Notes: a model not told the origin generated them from the sequence alone. Shown: positions 34,837 to 49,536, numbered from the whole stretch's first letter. The stretch is 63,654 bases of DNA, filler included, from Collodictyon triciliatum (GCA_043381765.1; 6 parts of 6 records of this genome joined end to end with filler, not necessarily neighbours in it); one strand, 5' to 3'. Numbers and translations: made by a program.

Positions 34837-35051
34837 GTTTGATGAAACTCATTTGATTAACATAACGTTCCTTCTTGTCGAGTCGATGAAGAACTTGTAT
34901 TTTTTTTCTCTTTCAAATGACACATCATTTTTATTCAACCTTGTCTGAAATGCTATCATAAGGAACCAAACAAGATTCTACTCTCATACATAAAAAAAGT
35001 GAATGGGCCTTCTATGTCTCATTTTTTTTATTTTCCCCATTACATCAGGAA

Positions 35052-35097
35052 ACAATAACAATAACAATAACAATAACAATAACAATAACAATAACAA

Positions 35098-35192
<95 letters not shown>
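35052..35192. repeat. (ACAATA)n-(AAAT)n microsatellite at the contig end
   Basis: Directly visible. Confidence 0.92.
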
Positions 35193-35292
35193 NNNNNNNN
35201 NNNNNNNNNNNNNNNNNNNNNNNNNNNNNNNNNNNNTTAATTAATTAANNNNNNNNNNNNNNNNNNNNNNNNNNNNNNNNNNNNNNNNNNNN
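35193..35292. other. Artificial contig spacer
   Basis: N-TTAATTAATTAA-N. Confidence 0.97.
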
Positions 35293-36642
35293 ATTTTTTG
35301 TTTTATTTTTTGTTTTATTTTTTGTTTTATTTTTTGTTTTATTTTTTGTTTTATTTTTTGTTTTATTTTTTGTTTTATTTTTTGTTTTATTTTTTGTTTT
35401 GTTTTTTGTTTTGTTTTGTTTTTTGTTTTGTTTTTTGTTTTGTTTTGTTTTTTGTTTTGTTTTTTGTTTTGTTTTTTGTTTTGTTTTGTTTTTTGTTTTG
35501 TTTTTTGTTTTTGTATTTTTTGTTTTATTTCTGTTTTATTTTTGTTTTGAATCATAACAATACACTTGGGTGAAAAAAATTATTTAGATTAATTTGTTTC
35601 TAATATATCAACTAGATGCTACTAAGTTGGTCGAGAATATTTGCGCAACTTACAATATGCTTCTTGTAAAAGCAACTACCACGGAACTCATTGTAGAAAA
35701 TTATTTATCTGTTTCAGATATTCAACATGGTGGTTTTATTTTTTCCAATATCACATCTCACACCTTCCGGAAAAAAGATAATAGGAAACCCCAATACTGA
35801 TGCCGGGGATATGGGAGGGAAAATCAGTTTCTATGAAAATGCCACACAATTTGGGTTTCAAGTGGGTCACATCCGCATCTTGAAAAATAGGCGCTCGACT
35901 TCTCAATCACTCTATTTCATAGATAATTTCGATGATGAATTACATAGCTGGCATAGAAGAGAGGATTGAAATTAAACTGGCTGTCGACTGTGGCAGTGTC
36001 ACTTATGGGCTGATGGGTTTGTTTAACTCAGCAATTAACCAACATTATCACAGGAAACAGTTATCTAATACATAGTGTGAGGAAGAAATGTTGTATTTAC
36101 GAGAGAAAGATAAAGCTTACATGTCCTTGGTTAGGTGAATCTGCTTTCTTTTATGATTGCTTCGGGAATCCAGGTTTTTATGGTATTATTAAGCCTCGCA
36201 ACTTGAGTTACTAATCGTAATCACATTAAAGTCGCCAACTCCAGGATGATGAATCAAAACTCCGACGCCGGAAAAATCTTGGTATCAACTCTATTTCACT
36301 TTCATCATCAATAATTCTTTGAAACGTGAAAGAATGGACACATTCAAAAAAAATCCATTAATTCGATTCAATGAGGGCACATCCAAAAATAAAACATAGA
36401 TTACGGAGAGCGTGGAGCGTTGTCTGCGAGGCTCCCACATCGTCGGCGTAGATGTTTCTGGATACCTCACAAAGGAGAATGTAGGAATTACGAGAATTTT
36501 CCAGGTCTACCAGAAGAAAGACGTATGGGGCTTGTATATCAACCAGATAGAATGGATGCACACAGAGTCCCACAACACAGACAATTTTTCGGGGGGCGCG
36601 AGTGCTTGAGGAAGAATTGAACCTCTGCTTTTGAATAAAGAT

Positions 36643-36729
<87 letters not shown>

Positions 36730-37484
36730 TTTTGCCTCGTCTTTTCTTTTCTTGTTTTCAAGGCGAGCTAACTATGAATAGAACATATCTGGAAAATATG
36801 GTATATACTAATTATAAACTTGAACGAAGGGTGTAAAGACTGTATAAGTAAATAGACTCATGTTGTGGTAGAATCTATGATAATATGCACCACAGGGGTG
36901 CTCTTCCCAACGGCCGCTCGCCATGGGGATTTGGAATGAGACTGGAATTTCGTGGAAATATCAGCGGAACTCTTGCAAATATCGAGGGCGGTGCTTTGGC
37001 GGGTGCAGGCATATAAAGCGGCAACCAGCGCGGGTGTTGGTCTGCAGGCATCGGCAAAGAACGAACCCTATGGCGCGACTGTCGGTGCGGATTGTTGCAG
37101 GCGCCCTTTGCCGCTTTCTTGGTGTGGCGGTGGCCGATGTCGGTGGAGATACGAGCGTTCGCCAACTCTTTGTTTGCACTGTGTTGCTTGTTTGTTGTTG
37201 TTATTCCCTTCCTCAAGATTACTCACAATGCGCGTGCGAATTGCAGGCTTCCTGCTGCTCTTGTGACTCTTTCATGAGTTCTCCCCATCATAACCAGTAA
37301 GTTTCTACTCTAAAGCTTGTCTGGGTCAATATTCATCAATACTCGTAGTGCAAATTGCACATCTATGGAATATCCGTGTCATCAAAACCTTTTAAACCTC
37401 TCTTCTCTTCTTTTTCTTTTTCATTCTGGTATTATGCTTGTCAGTGTGAGCGTGTGCCTTTTCAATTAACTCTAATCTCAACAG

Positions 37485-39659
37485 TGGAAGCACCAGATAT
37501 ATCACATAATGACCGACAGGATTTCTTTCATGCATCAGCGCATTCGTTGCTTGGCGCACTGCTTAATCCAGGGGAAATCCTGGACATTGCAAATCTGTGC
37601 TGGTGGGATCAGGTTCTGAAAGATATTTGGAAAACCACCCAACGACACAGCCGCACCGGTCCTGATTCTTTTGTGCAGGGCCACGCAGCACGCGATCAGA
37701 TCGCTGCGTATGCAAAAGGGCTCACGTTTTACAGAGGAATTCGGGCAATGATGTCCAGACTGCTCTCTGCATTCCCACCGCCGAATGAGCTGAACGGCCG
37801 TTTTCATGGCATGCGCTATGGGGACTTGTTTGCAAGTGTTTTGGCAACTGCAGACTTGGAAACAGATGCAGAGGAGTTTTGGAGCATGGAGACGCTTCTC
37901 ACCGACCCATCTCCATTGTTCCCGAACAATAAGTGGGAGGCCGTAGACTTTCTGTTACGTGTGCGACTTCTACAGAGCATTTTAGATGAGGGACTGGCGG
38001 AATGTGTCTCACTCCTTCGCTCCAGGCCAGTATTTGGCAACCAGTGTGATGGCGAGTTTACTTGTTCAATCATGGAAGCGCAAGATTTGTTTACAAGAGA
38101 GCATATTTGCGAGAATGTCTTTAAGGGTTGCCAGGAAAAGTATGCGCAGCATGTCATGTGCAATCCGGGTGCATTGTGTTTTCTTCTTGGGGTTGAAACA
38201 TTGTCCCCTTCCGTGGCTAAACTTCTGCACGAACTGATGCAGATGGAAGCAGAATGTGCAGGAAGGGTTTTTTCGATGGTCATTCACATCACAAAATCAG
38301 AGCTTCTGGGGTCGTTAGCCCTTCTCGCGATGCCTGTTTCTGCCTATCATTCCTTATTTATGCTGTTGGGGATTAAACATAGCCCTACATTTCCAAAGAA
38401 AATGGTTCCTATCAGCCCCACCGCACAAACAAGGAGATATTCTGATTTATGTGTTGGCTTGAATACAGATGTGAGTTCTGATAGCACGCTCAAATATACA
38501 ACAGCATCTGAGGTGAGATATCCTGTAACAAAGTAAGAACTCCATTCAGCACCTTTGTTGTTGTTGTTTTTGTTGTTGTTTTTGTTGTTGTTTTTGTTGT
38601 TGTTTTTGTTGTTGTTTTTGTTGTTGTTGTTGTTTTAAAAAAAAAGCGCCATACAATATGCAATCGTAGTAAGTAATGTGTTATTGTGTATAATTCATGA
38701 AAAGATATACTAAAGCGCCATTACATGGTGGTCAATCTACCATCCAGTGAGGACTTTCGGTGCCCGGTGCTGGCGATGTACACACAGCCACCACCAGAGA
38801 TCACGAAAGACAAGAATATAACCCCTTGTCCTAAGGTTGTGCTCCAGGCACCCAGCGGATTTACGGGAGCAAACTACTACGTGCAAGTCTCGCTAGTCAA
38901 GGACGATAGCTCCCAAGCGGTGCAATCGCTTGATGGGATATTGCGCCACCGCATCACACCTGGTGGGACCGTGGAGTTCAAACGACTCAAGATTAAAGCC
39001 ACAAGTCACAAGATGCGCTGCTTGTATTTCCGCCTGCGCTTCCAGCTCCACGAAGAGCGCGGGGATGCCAGGGAGCCCCTGCAAAACGTCTCAGTGACGA
39101 GCGACCCTGTGCGAGTGTATGCACACTCTAGCCAACTAACCCGTAAGCCTTGCATATCCGCAACCATGTCCGTACACAGCAAACACACAATGACACGTTG
39201 TGATGCTGCAGTTTGAGTCCATGCCGCATGTCCCAAACCCTTTCCGTAGCACCCTTTCCGTAACATCCTCTGCCTCTGCCTCTGCCTTTTCCCACAGATC
39301 TGCCGCTTGCCACCTTGCACGTACATCGCGTCATTCCAGAGTCTGTATCGTCCGAGACGAGAGAGATTGTTGTTATCGGGGCCCACTTTGACGGCGGCAG
39401 CGCCCTTGTGCGTGTGGACGGCTTCGACTGCACAGTCACACAAGGCAGCCTCGGGTGGATGCGGGTGGCCCTGCCTGCGGATGCCGTCCTTTGGGCCCAT
39501 GCGCACTTGGTCACCCTCTTTGTCAGCACAGACCTCGGCGCTTCCTACGTTGCGGTCTGCACAATCCCCGTCTGCTCCACACACCCGGCCGCACAGTGCT
39601 CCCTGTCCACCCTCGCGGCCTCCAGGGACCCGTCTCGCCCCTTCCACCTTCCTGTTTAG
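37485..39659 (+). CDS. Putative transcription factor with an Ig-fold (STAT/CudA/Spt23-like) DNA-binding domain and an IPT/TIG domain; 5' exons uncertain
   Basis: Exon ~38706-39140: QPP..K.NI.P.P.V.L..FKRLKIKATS..FRLRFQL..SDPVRVYAHSSQL. Exon ~39298-39659: VHRVIPESVS..EIVVIGAHF (TIG-like). Long upstream exon 37485-38512 of unknown fold; its linkage to the same gene is inferred. Confidence 0.5.
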
Positions 39660-40299
39660 ATGCCCGTGCCTGGCTTCCGCGTTCAAGAGATTGCAGACGC
39701 TGCGGTTGTGAGCAAAAACACTGGTTTACAGGATTGCACAAAAGATGGCACATGTATAGTACTCGCCAAACATTGTTCCAAGAGTAATTTGCGGGATTGT
39801 TCCCTGAGACGCAAAAGCCCGTCCGTTTGAACAACCCACGCCCTTATTAACCGATGAGAATGCAGCTCTCGGGTGCGAAAGCGAAACAGTATATTCTTTA
39901 AGCACCCAAGCCGAGAACCTCTCTTTTGTTCTCCGAAACGGTGCCTTGGCCGCAATATGACTCGTGAGCCGTGCTCCTTGCTTCTGTTCCGATTAAACGC
40001 CTGCCAAAATAGCCATCACCAGTGATCCGCGCGCTGCATCGAATATAATAAATTTCTCTACTCAACGTTTAAACCCCACGCACCAAGATACCATGCGCCG
40101 CGTTGTTTGCGTATAAATTCCATATTTGACGGACGCATATGGGCTTTTTCTACGAAGCCTTTTCAGAAATGAAGAAGAAACAACAACGTCGACAATAAAC
40201 CTTTGCGCGGGGCTCTTATCCAGGCGCAACGAAGCAAGCAGCCAGCGTGTGAGCCGATACCGAGCCCAAGAGCGCAGGGCCTGTCTTTCCGCAAGCATG

Positions 40300-40448
40300 C
40301 ACTCACTCACTCACTCACTCACTCACTCACTCACTCACTCACTCACTCACTCACTCACTCACTCACTCACTCACTCACTCACTCACTCACTCACTCACTC
40401 ACCCACTCACCCACTCACTCACTCACTCACTCACTTACTCACTCACTC
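40300..40448. repeat. (CACT)n microsatellite
   Basis: Directly visible. Confidence 0.95.
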
Positions 40449-40711
40449 GCAGAAGGACAAGTACAGCAACAGGGTTCTGCGCCAAAGCAACGAGGCCGTC
40501 TGCTCTGAGCTGCTTCTGCCGCAAAGCCAGCGTCCGACGGATGGAGCCGGGGAGTCGCCAGAGCGGATCGTACTCGTTCTCCCACCCGGTCCCGACACGG
40601 CGTCCACCCACACCCACGCCCACAGCCACAGCGGTCGATCGCCCTCGTCCAGCTGCGTCCTTCTCCAGCACTCATGCACCCTTCCACGGTTCCTCTCACT
40701 GGCATTTCTCT

Positions 40712-40840
40712 TCTTTTCTTTTCTTTTCTTTTCTTTTCTTTTCTTTTCTTTTCTTTTCTTTTCTTTTCTTTTCTTTTCTTTTCTTTTCTTTTCTTTTCTT
40801 TTCTTTTCTTTTCATTTCATTTCTTTTCATTTCTTTTCTT
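40712..40840. repeat. (TTTTC)n microsatellite
   Basis: Directly visible. Confidence 0.93.
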
Positions 40841-41476
40841 GTGTTTCATAATGGAGGTTCCCAGCTGCTCTCCCTGCGTGCTTTCTATTTGCCTTTGAGA
40901 ATGGCTGCCAGGCAGTCACACAACGTTTCGCGCAGGGGCCGACCAACTTGCGGATCTGAACGTGCAGGATTTGCCGCTCAGTCATTCGCTTCCCGTCGGC
41001 GTCTCCGACCAACATCCCTCGCGCACCGATTCGGGGCACAATGCCGCAGATGCCACAGACCAGGATGCTCCCGTCGGCGAGCGAAAGATTAAACGCAGCA
41101 GCTCCCTTTCTCGGTAGGCCGTCTGATGTGGCACTTTTCTACTGATTAGCGCCTTATAAATGATTTCAATACATACATATATATTCGCTGGTTTCATCGT
41201 GCAAATTGTTATGGACCAGTAATAAATCATCAAACATATGCATACATCAGGTTAAAGAGATACGTTAAAGACAAACTGTCTGGGCAGGGTGATTCTTTTT
41301 ACCATTTACGGAAAATATAGCAAGATTATAAGATATGCGCCTTTAGTGGCAATTTCACATCAAATAACATGTCTCAGTTTGCGTAATTTTCGTGTATATC
41401 AATGGCTCCAGTTGGAGCAGTCCTACGTTTATCTTCTTGCCTTCTGATATGCTTGCAATTTTCTCGTTGCGCATAG

Positions 41477-43512
41477 AACAACCTTACTGTCCAGAAATCG
41501 TCCATATTCCCAACACACCGCCCCAAACAGACGCTCCTAATCCAAACCAGATATCAACTCATCAGTACCCGAGCAACTATGAGACTCCTACAAAGGCCGA
41601 AGCGCCAAACTCTCATATTGTTCTGGACTCCCGTAGAGGGAAAACTGGCGTGGCTGCCACGGCTATATCTGCGTCTCCAATGGCCAGAGACCTCAGCGAC
41701 CAATACTCAAAAGCCGCACCAAATTTGGATACACCTCAACTAGAAAAGTCTAAGCTCAAAAAGTCTGGCTCGCTATCCAAACTCAAAGGAAAGATCATAA
41801 AGAAGAAGCCAAAACCGCAGAGTATGTGCTGCCAATTAAATATTACCTCGCATCAATATAATGTAACAAAGTATTTGTGTATAATGAATCTTAATTTGTC
41901 ATTTGAAATATCTCCACTTTATATCTATTATTATTTTTTTTTATTCTTCCTCTTCATTTGCATATGGCTAAATATTAACATCACTAAACCTTACTCGCAC
42001 TGGGGTCAATAAAAAAATTGATTTTTATCTGGTTTCATCAGACGCAAATCCTGTTTTTGGGACAGATATAGAAGAAAGTCCTCTGTTTTCAGAGCAAGTA
42101 AGTTGTTAATATAAAGCAATCAACTCGGTATCAATATAAGCAGAATGAAAGAAAAAACCTTTGGGTGAAAACCAGGAACTCGCAAATGTTCTAATATATT
42201 ATAATTGTTGCTATTATTGCTAATATATTGCGTTATTTACTTTATTATTTTACCTTTAAGGATACCTACATTCCTATGTTCCTTGAAAAATGTACATGCT
42301 TTATAATGGCGCACGGTATCTAACTTCTTTAGTGATAAAAGCTGCATCTTCAAATATACCCTTTGAAATAAATAGACCTTCTCTGGCATAAAAATTTTAA
42401 TAAAAAAATAGGTAAGAATTATACAAATGCCTTGTAGGTTTAGAGACAGAAGGAATTCTAAGGGTATCGGGGTCAGCTAGCAAGCTATTGGAATGGAAAG
42501 CAAAGGCAGAAAAGAAATGTACCTTATATCATTTTTAATTGAATCATATATCCATGCATTTACCCTTACATTTTCTATCTCTGCAAATACTTGGCCCAAT
42601 TGGGAATAATATTTTATTAGTAATCCCTTCTGTCATTTCTCAGCTTTTAGACTTTGATTCATCGTTGTCTATTTTAAATTTATTTTTATTAATTTATTTT
42701 GCATATTTTACAGATGGTAAGATGAACTTCAACAAACTTGGAGACGTGCATGTAGTTGCTGGCTTGTTGAAAATGTACTTGCGTAAGACTTTGAAACATT
42801 CTTTATGCGCCTGTTAGTCCCTTCTCTCTGTCTCTTACATACATATGTTTGGTGGGTGCGAAATGATTTCTAAACAAAAAGTATGTAGGCGAACTTCCAA
42901 ACCCGCTGGTTCCCCTTGTAAGTCGATTGCCTTTGGTTGAAGCCATCGAAGGTAACTTGCCCCACAAAAGCGGACGATGAATTATCAGAAGAAAAAAGGG
43001 AAGACTCTTTCACACAATTAAAAATGTGTATGAATATTCGCCACAGACTTCAACCAAGCAAGAAAAGATGACAACTTTGCCGAGACAACACACTTCGTCT
43101 CTGTGCTCCAACAAGAGGCGTCCACATGGGGAGCCTACCGTCTTCGTGTCTTTCTCACCCTGTTTTATCTCCTGGAGCGCATCGCTGCATACTCTGGAAC
43201 CAACAAGATGGACGCACACAACCTCGGGGTTGTCATCGGGTAAAGCTCTTATTTATTTGCAAGCGAATAATCAGCACCCGGGGCTTTGCTAAATCTGACT
43301 GTGGCTTCAGGCCGAACATTTTCCATGATGGAGCAGACTGCGGGGGCGACCCGCTGCAAGCAGAATTCAGCAGCGATGCCATAACACGGGGCCTGCAGAG
43401 CAACGCTTACGCGCAGACGTTTGTGCGGCTGTGTATTGAGAACTATGTGTCGCTTAGCCGCCACTTTTCCTTCCACTACGCCCTCAGAGAATCCGAGTCA
43501 CCGCACACATAG
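41477..43512 (+). CDS. Rho GTPase-activating protein (RhoGAP); multi-exon, start codon not resolved
   Basis: Spliced reading gives PVFG, IPMFLEKC, LETEGILRVSG (arginine finger), DVHVVAGLLKMYLR-ELPNPL and NKMDAHNLGVVIG-PNIF. Confidence 0.88.
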
Positions 43513-43916
43513 CCCCAAAAGCCCCACAGGGCACGCTCAAATCTCATCCCACCAACCCACAGCCTTTATTTAAGCACCATCCCACCATACTCTCCGCTAT
43601 GTTTTTCTCCTCTTTTTCTTCTTCATCCACTCTTTCAGCCATAGAAACGGTGGTGAGCAAGACAATTATCCCGAGGAAGCACAGCACAGACCTTGGATAG
43701 GAAGAATCCTTGCCACAGAGCCCCACTGCACCATAAAACGCTACTAATGATGAGCTTCACGCCGAGAATACCAGTAGCCATTGGGAGACATTCCTGCAAA
43801 CGAGCACCCGATTCCGCATAGCGCACGCCCCTGCCGACTGTGTGTTTGTGCGAGGTTTATCGGCCTGTGCGGGGTGTGGCTGGCTGGTGAGGAGGCCTTG
43901 GTGCTGTGAGCGCAGC

Positions 43917-46900
43917 CTACGGCCCAAGGACGTGGTAGCGGTCCTTTCGGGAGATGGAGTAGAAGATGACAAAGCCATCGTGGGAGAGCGAGGCAAAGAC
44001 CCATGTGTTGGAAGAGCTCCACGCGAGACCGTAGACGCTGTCCTGGTGCTCCGTGTAGGACTGGATGGCCATATCGCCGCCGCTGTCCCTACGCAATGGC
44101 AGCACAGGTCGTGTGAATCTCTGCAAGTCTCTGCGGCTGCGTCGGTGCGCGCAACCGTCTTTGCCTCTGACTCACCTCGGGCGCTCCTCAAGGCCGTCCA
44201 GAAAGGCTGACGACGTGGATATGACGCTCCACAGGACAACCTTCGAGTCTGTGCCGGAGCTCAGCAGCAGCTGGTCGTATGTCGGGTGGTACTGAACTCT
44301 CCACACCCTGCAACGTGCAGCAGAGCATGTGAATCCAAAGGCCCCAAACACGTTCCCATGTCGCTCGACAGCCGATGATACGATATGCTTGAGGGCAAAA
44401 GAGAAAAGGAAAAAGGAAAGAGAAGAGAAGAGTGTATCTTGGAGGTGATTTTGGGGTACAGTGTGGAGTGAATCAAGCAAACCAGTGTGAGTGCTCGCAC
44501 AAGGATTTGATTGGCTCTTTGGAATTACGCACATCCCAGAAGCGAATCTGTCTGCGTTTGTATGTATGTATGTGTGAGTGTGTCCCGAAATCAACATCAA
44601 AGGAAGAATGGTTTGCAAAGGGATATAAAAAGTATACTTCCTTATTGAAGAAATGCCAGTAAGCTACTTTATAGATTCAGAATATTGATCTAAACGGTAC
44701 AGTGATTTTTGACTCACCTGTCATCGCCGCATGTGACAATATAGTGCGAATGGTTTGGATTATAGTCTAGGTCGCGTACACACTGCACATGCGCAAGGTC
44801 AATGACGCTTGATTCTCTTCAGTCAGGTTTTATGCATGAATAAATAATAAATGAGCGATTTTTTTTTTTTTTTGTGTATATTGACAATTAAGTAGACTCT
44901 AAACCATGAAAATAATTTAAGTTCCCCTTCTGAAGTCATTAGAGGACATTTTATACCATGAGGAATGTGAAGGAAATATTTATATGTAAACAATCCAGAA
45001 AAGCTAGAAGATAAGTTGATGATGAATAAATACACAATAGTGGTAGGAAAGATTTATAAAATTTTTGTGTTTGAATCTCACTTTGACTGACGCAGGTCCC
45101 AAAATCGCACGGAGGCGTCGTTTGCCGTAGCTATCTGTTCGGAGTGGTGGGGATTCCAGCGAACAGATCCGAAAGTGTTAACCTCATCGATAGTGAATAC
45201 TGACGTTTGCTAAATTCAGTGAATGTTTGGATGCTTGAGTAGTTAAATAGGAAAAGGAAAATGCATCATATGTGCATGTATACTCCACATTTTAACACAT
45301 GGAGCATTGATGATTGAAGTATAGTGCGAATGCTCTGTTCAAAAGTGTGCATTCTTGTCCAAAAAATATTCAATTCTAACTTGATTCATATAGAAGAGTT
45401 TGGTTTGGTTTGGTTTGGTTTGGTTTGGTTTGGTTTGGTTTGGTTTGGTTTGGTTTGGTTTGGTTTGGTTTTTTCAAAAGAAAAAAAGCAAACTATGATT
45501 TGTATATATTTCAAGGACATACTTGTGCAGAAGATTTAGCTGCATCCAATGACCAAACACGAAGATTTTGATTATCGATGGTCGCGACTCGACTGGCCTT
45601 TTTTGGATCCCAAATGACCCTTTATTTGATTTTAATCTAATGAATTTTCGATACCAGAGCCAATATAGGATAATAATAGACATAGGGTCTATGAAATCTT
45701 CAATAGGTAAAAAAACTATTAAGTAAATGATAAAAATATATTAGTAATACTATCTTTTGATGTTACTTTTTCAAAGACCCGTCCTGTGTTGTGATGGACA
45801 CCATCTCCTTCAAATGAGAAGAATCTAGATCTTCTATTTTCCATAGGGAGCTCTTGAATCCTGATTCTGAAGCAATATTAGATGCGGATTAATGTATGGT
45901 GGCACAGTGCTCACGGAAATACAGTATGTTGAAGAGCCTGCAGCTGAAAAGAGTTCACGATGGGGGAAATTCTTTTCATAAGAAAGACTAATGAAATGAT
46001 GGCGGTGTTATCTTTTACGATTATCGTTGTATGTCGTAAAGAACAGATCTGGGTCGTCAAAGGATGGTGTTATGTCCCAAATTTCGCGTTTATGACTGAA
46101 AGTAGACACGAGGGATGCTTTGTTAGATGATTCATTATAATCGATGAGATTGACCTGGTAAAACATGCAAAAATGGTTAGTATAGACAAAATACATAGGT
46201 GAAATATAATTTTAGCCACCCTTCTTGAGTTAAATATCAATTCTAAGGAACACGGGGTGATGTTGTTTTCTAATGTTTTTTTTAAAAAAAAATTGTGTAT
46301 TCGGTATTTCTTGTCAAATAGAATATGGCCGCTTTAAAGTGCGACATAATAAAAAGGCATGCAATAAGAAAATATAAAAAAACCCATAAAAGAAGGGTAG
46401 AATATAGCACTCAAATACACTGCGGAGAAATGTCAAGCACATTATAGTTAAAACCTCGTTCTCATCTTTAAGTTGGGTTGTCCCTACAAAGAAGCGAGTA
46501 TTTTCCTTATCTCCAGTTTGCGCCGCTATCGACCGTGACTAATTGAATAATATACATGCTCGTACTTAGCGCTGGTATTACATCAAATGCAAACTATCAG
46601 AGGACACTCCAACAAAAACGCACAGAACTTCAGGCCAGATCGGCATGATGTTGATCTCTGCTCAGCGAAGTAAGTCCCACACAACAAAACAGGACTATGG
46701 AGAGAAAAGGAAAAGGAAAAGGAAAAGGAAAAGGAAAAGGAAAAGGGAAAGGAAAAGGAAAAGGAAAAGGAAAAGGAAAAGGAAAAGGAAAAGGAAAAGG
46801 AAAAGGAAAAGGAAAAGGAAAAGGAAAAGGAAAAGGAAAAGGAAAAGGAGAAGGAGTAGGAGTAGGAGTAGGAGAATGTATATATTGAAACACACCACGT

Positions 46901-46940
46901 ATTGGAGTCCGTATGTTGAGGTGACGTTCTCTGCGCTCAT
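43917..46940 (-). CDS. EIPR1: EARP/GARP-interacting WD40 protein EIPR1 (TSSC1), multi-exon
   Basis: MSAENVTSTYGLQY; RSIAAQTGD..RFFVGT; VRDLDYNPN; VWRVQYHPTYDQLLLSSGTDSKVVL; EHQDSVYGLAWS..WVFASLSHDG..RYHVL. Confidence 0.88.
45399..45472. repeat. (TTTGG)n microsatellite
   Basis: Directly visible. Confidence 0.93.
46704..46875. repeat. (GAAAAG)n-(AGTAGG)n intronic microsatellite
   Basis: Directly visible. Confidence 0.93.
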
Positions 46941-47180
46941 CCCTTTGTTGTGCCGGTAGCTGCTTTTCTTGCGCGCCAANNNNNNNNNNNNNNNNNNNNN
47001 NNNNNNNNNNNNNNNNNNNNNNNNNNNNNNNNNNNNNNNNNNNNNNNNNNNNNNNNNNNNNNNNNNNNNNNNNNNNNNNNNNNNNNNNNNNNNNNNNNNN
47101 NNNNNNNNNNNNNNNNNNNNNNNNNNNNNNNNNNNNNNNNNNNNNNNNNNNNNNNNNNNNNNNNNNNNNNNNNNNNNNNN

Positions 47181-47228
<48 letters not shown>

Positions 47229-47390
47229 TTGCTTTGTTTTTGTTTATATCAGATCGCGGTACAGGGGATTCGCCCGGACGGGAAAGGCGCAGGCGGCCGC
47301 ACAGGAGGGACAGCATGGCATCTATCGATCTGTCTGGCAATGCAACCGGCGCTTCCGCGTAGGCCTTTGCTGCCTCACTGCAAGGCATGT

Positions 47391-49500
47391 TCAGGCCTTG
47401 TGCTTTTTGAAGAAAGAGACGATCTGCGCAAACGTCTGTGCAGTCTTTGCGGGCGGGCAGATGCGGTCGCGGATCCATCCGGAAAGCTTTGCCTGCGTTG
47501 CGCGTTGCGTGTATCTGCGGTCGATGAGGATGATGCTTGCAAAGTCGTGCGCGTGGCGTATCGCCCGACCTGTTTGGTGTGCGTGTCAATGAGCCCATGT
47601 GCGAGCGATTCTGTGCCTTATTTGCACCAGTGCATCCAGTCCATTAAAACATAGGGGAACGCGTCACTTGCCGATGGATTGATTCACAGCCTTCATGCAA
47701 AGGTTATCGTAGTAATCCGCTCCTCCAAAAGTTTGGGGCATTCCTAGTGCGCGCTGCTCTTGGCTCACTTGGTCAAAATAGCGCATCTTCTCCTGCAACA
47801 CAGCATCGCTTCGGCTTGGGTAAGGCAGGCCAACCATGACAACGCATCTGTGTTTGCAAGTCGTTATCTTAGAGCCTCTTTTGATTTGTATGACAGACAC
47901 AAAAACATCGTGCCTCTTTTTTTTTCTTTTTTTTTTTTTCGTATTTCGGTCTCGCGCTACTGTCTCTTTCTTTTCATCAACAATTGGAGTATCCTCATTC
48001 GATATACATCTGCGTATGTGGTTTACTCTGTACAATGGATAAATGCATTTACCTCCCATAGTCATCGCTAAAGTTGATTCCTTCACTCAACCGCCCACCA
48101 ACCACAGCAAACATGATTGCCCCACTTAAAATCGACCCTATGTCCTTTTCAAATAAAAATTGAACATGCAGGACTTTAGGTGCTTCAAAAAAGGATAAAG
48201 TTAAGTGGAGTGGTCATGAAATAGTAACTCCTTTGGAATGCAAACAAGATTATGGTTTTCAGTACCTTGGACTTGTCGATACATTCACGGTATTGCGAGA
48301 GCAGTTCATCTATCCCTACGCTAGCTACTTTTTCTCGGAATATCTACAAAATTGGTGATATGAACAGAAATAAGATGGTTTATGCATGCGTATATTAGTG
48401 TTATCTATCTATCTCCTTTTCATTTGGCTAAAGAGACTTCATAAATGAAAAAGAATGTGTTATGATTAAATACATAAGGAATAAGCAATTGTATATATTA
48501 TCTCAAATTAGTGCGGGCTAGGTCATGGTTGCAACCTTTTTCTTTTTAGAAATCCTTTCGAGTACACCTGTTTCAGAAAAATACGATAGTATTCTCTCTG
48601 ACACCGAGTAAGATGAAAAAAATACCACAATACCTCCCGGTATGATAGTGGTTATGTTGCAAAGGTATTGACCCAGCTGGTTGAACTGTTTTCGAAAGAA
48701 AAGAGTGATATGTAATTTATTGTAGTCTTTGCTTGATGGATTTTTAGACTGTATTTTCAAGCAAAAATAAACAAACCATTTCCGTATTCTCTCTATTTTG
48801 AAACGTGAATTCAAAAGGTATTCCATTCAATCCATCTGGCACAATAATAGGGAGCACGCGGTCTGGGTTGATGACATGCCCGAAGGAATCAATCGAAATT
48901 TTTGACTGAGGAAAATCTCGAAAAAGCTGATATTTTAGGTCCTCTATCTAAAAACAATATTTCTTTGTTTTTCATTTGAAAAAAAATGAAAAGAAAAGGT
49001 ATATGCCGAAGTGGAATACTAAATTCAGAGTGGTGCATAAAAAGCTGAGAATTAAAAAAAATTGATAATATTACAAGAAACATGACTGGAAATTTTTTAA
49101 AAATATGTATTATATAAAATAAAAAGGGATCAGAACAAATGTTTGGCCATTATCATTACTGGTTGCATAGTGCCTCCTACAAGTATGACTGAATGTGCCT
49201 CTTGTAGTATATGTTGGAAACCTTGCTCTGGATTGAGTAAAATAAACCGTATCGTGCAGCTTTTTATTGTATCTGTGGATTGCATACAGAGAGAAATGTT
49301 TGACACAACATAAAATATTGATTTGTTCTGTGGGGTTCTCGAAAAATTATTTTATCTTTTTTTGGTTTCTTTTCAACAGTCGGGGTTCTCGAAAAAATAT
49401 GACTTTCAAATTACCTTCAATGTTTATCACTATCCTGCCATGACTGCTCGGGTTAGTCAAACATGTTATGAAATTTAAGGTCCCTTGAAGAGGTGCATCT
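47391..49500 (-). CDS. DDX11: DDX11/Chl1 Fe-S DNA helicase (XPD family), 3' portion
   Basis: [94 protein letters not shown]. Confidence 0.9.
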
Positions 49501-49536
49501 GCCAGCAAAGTTGTTAATTTTTGTATTTGTGTTGTT

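Noticed and set aside
35580-36620. Short ORFs upstream of the TIG-domain gene
   Set aside because: Possibly exons of an unknown gene, but no recognisable motif supports a call.
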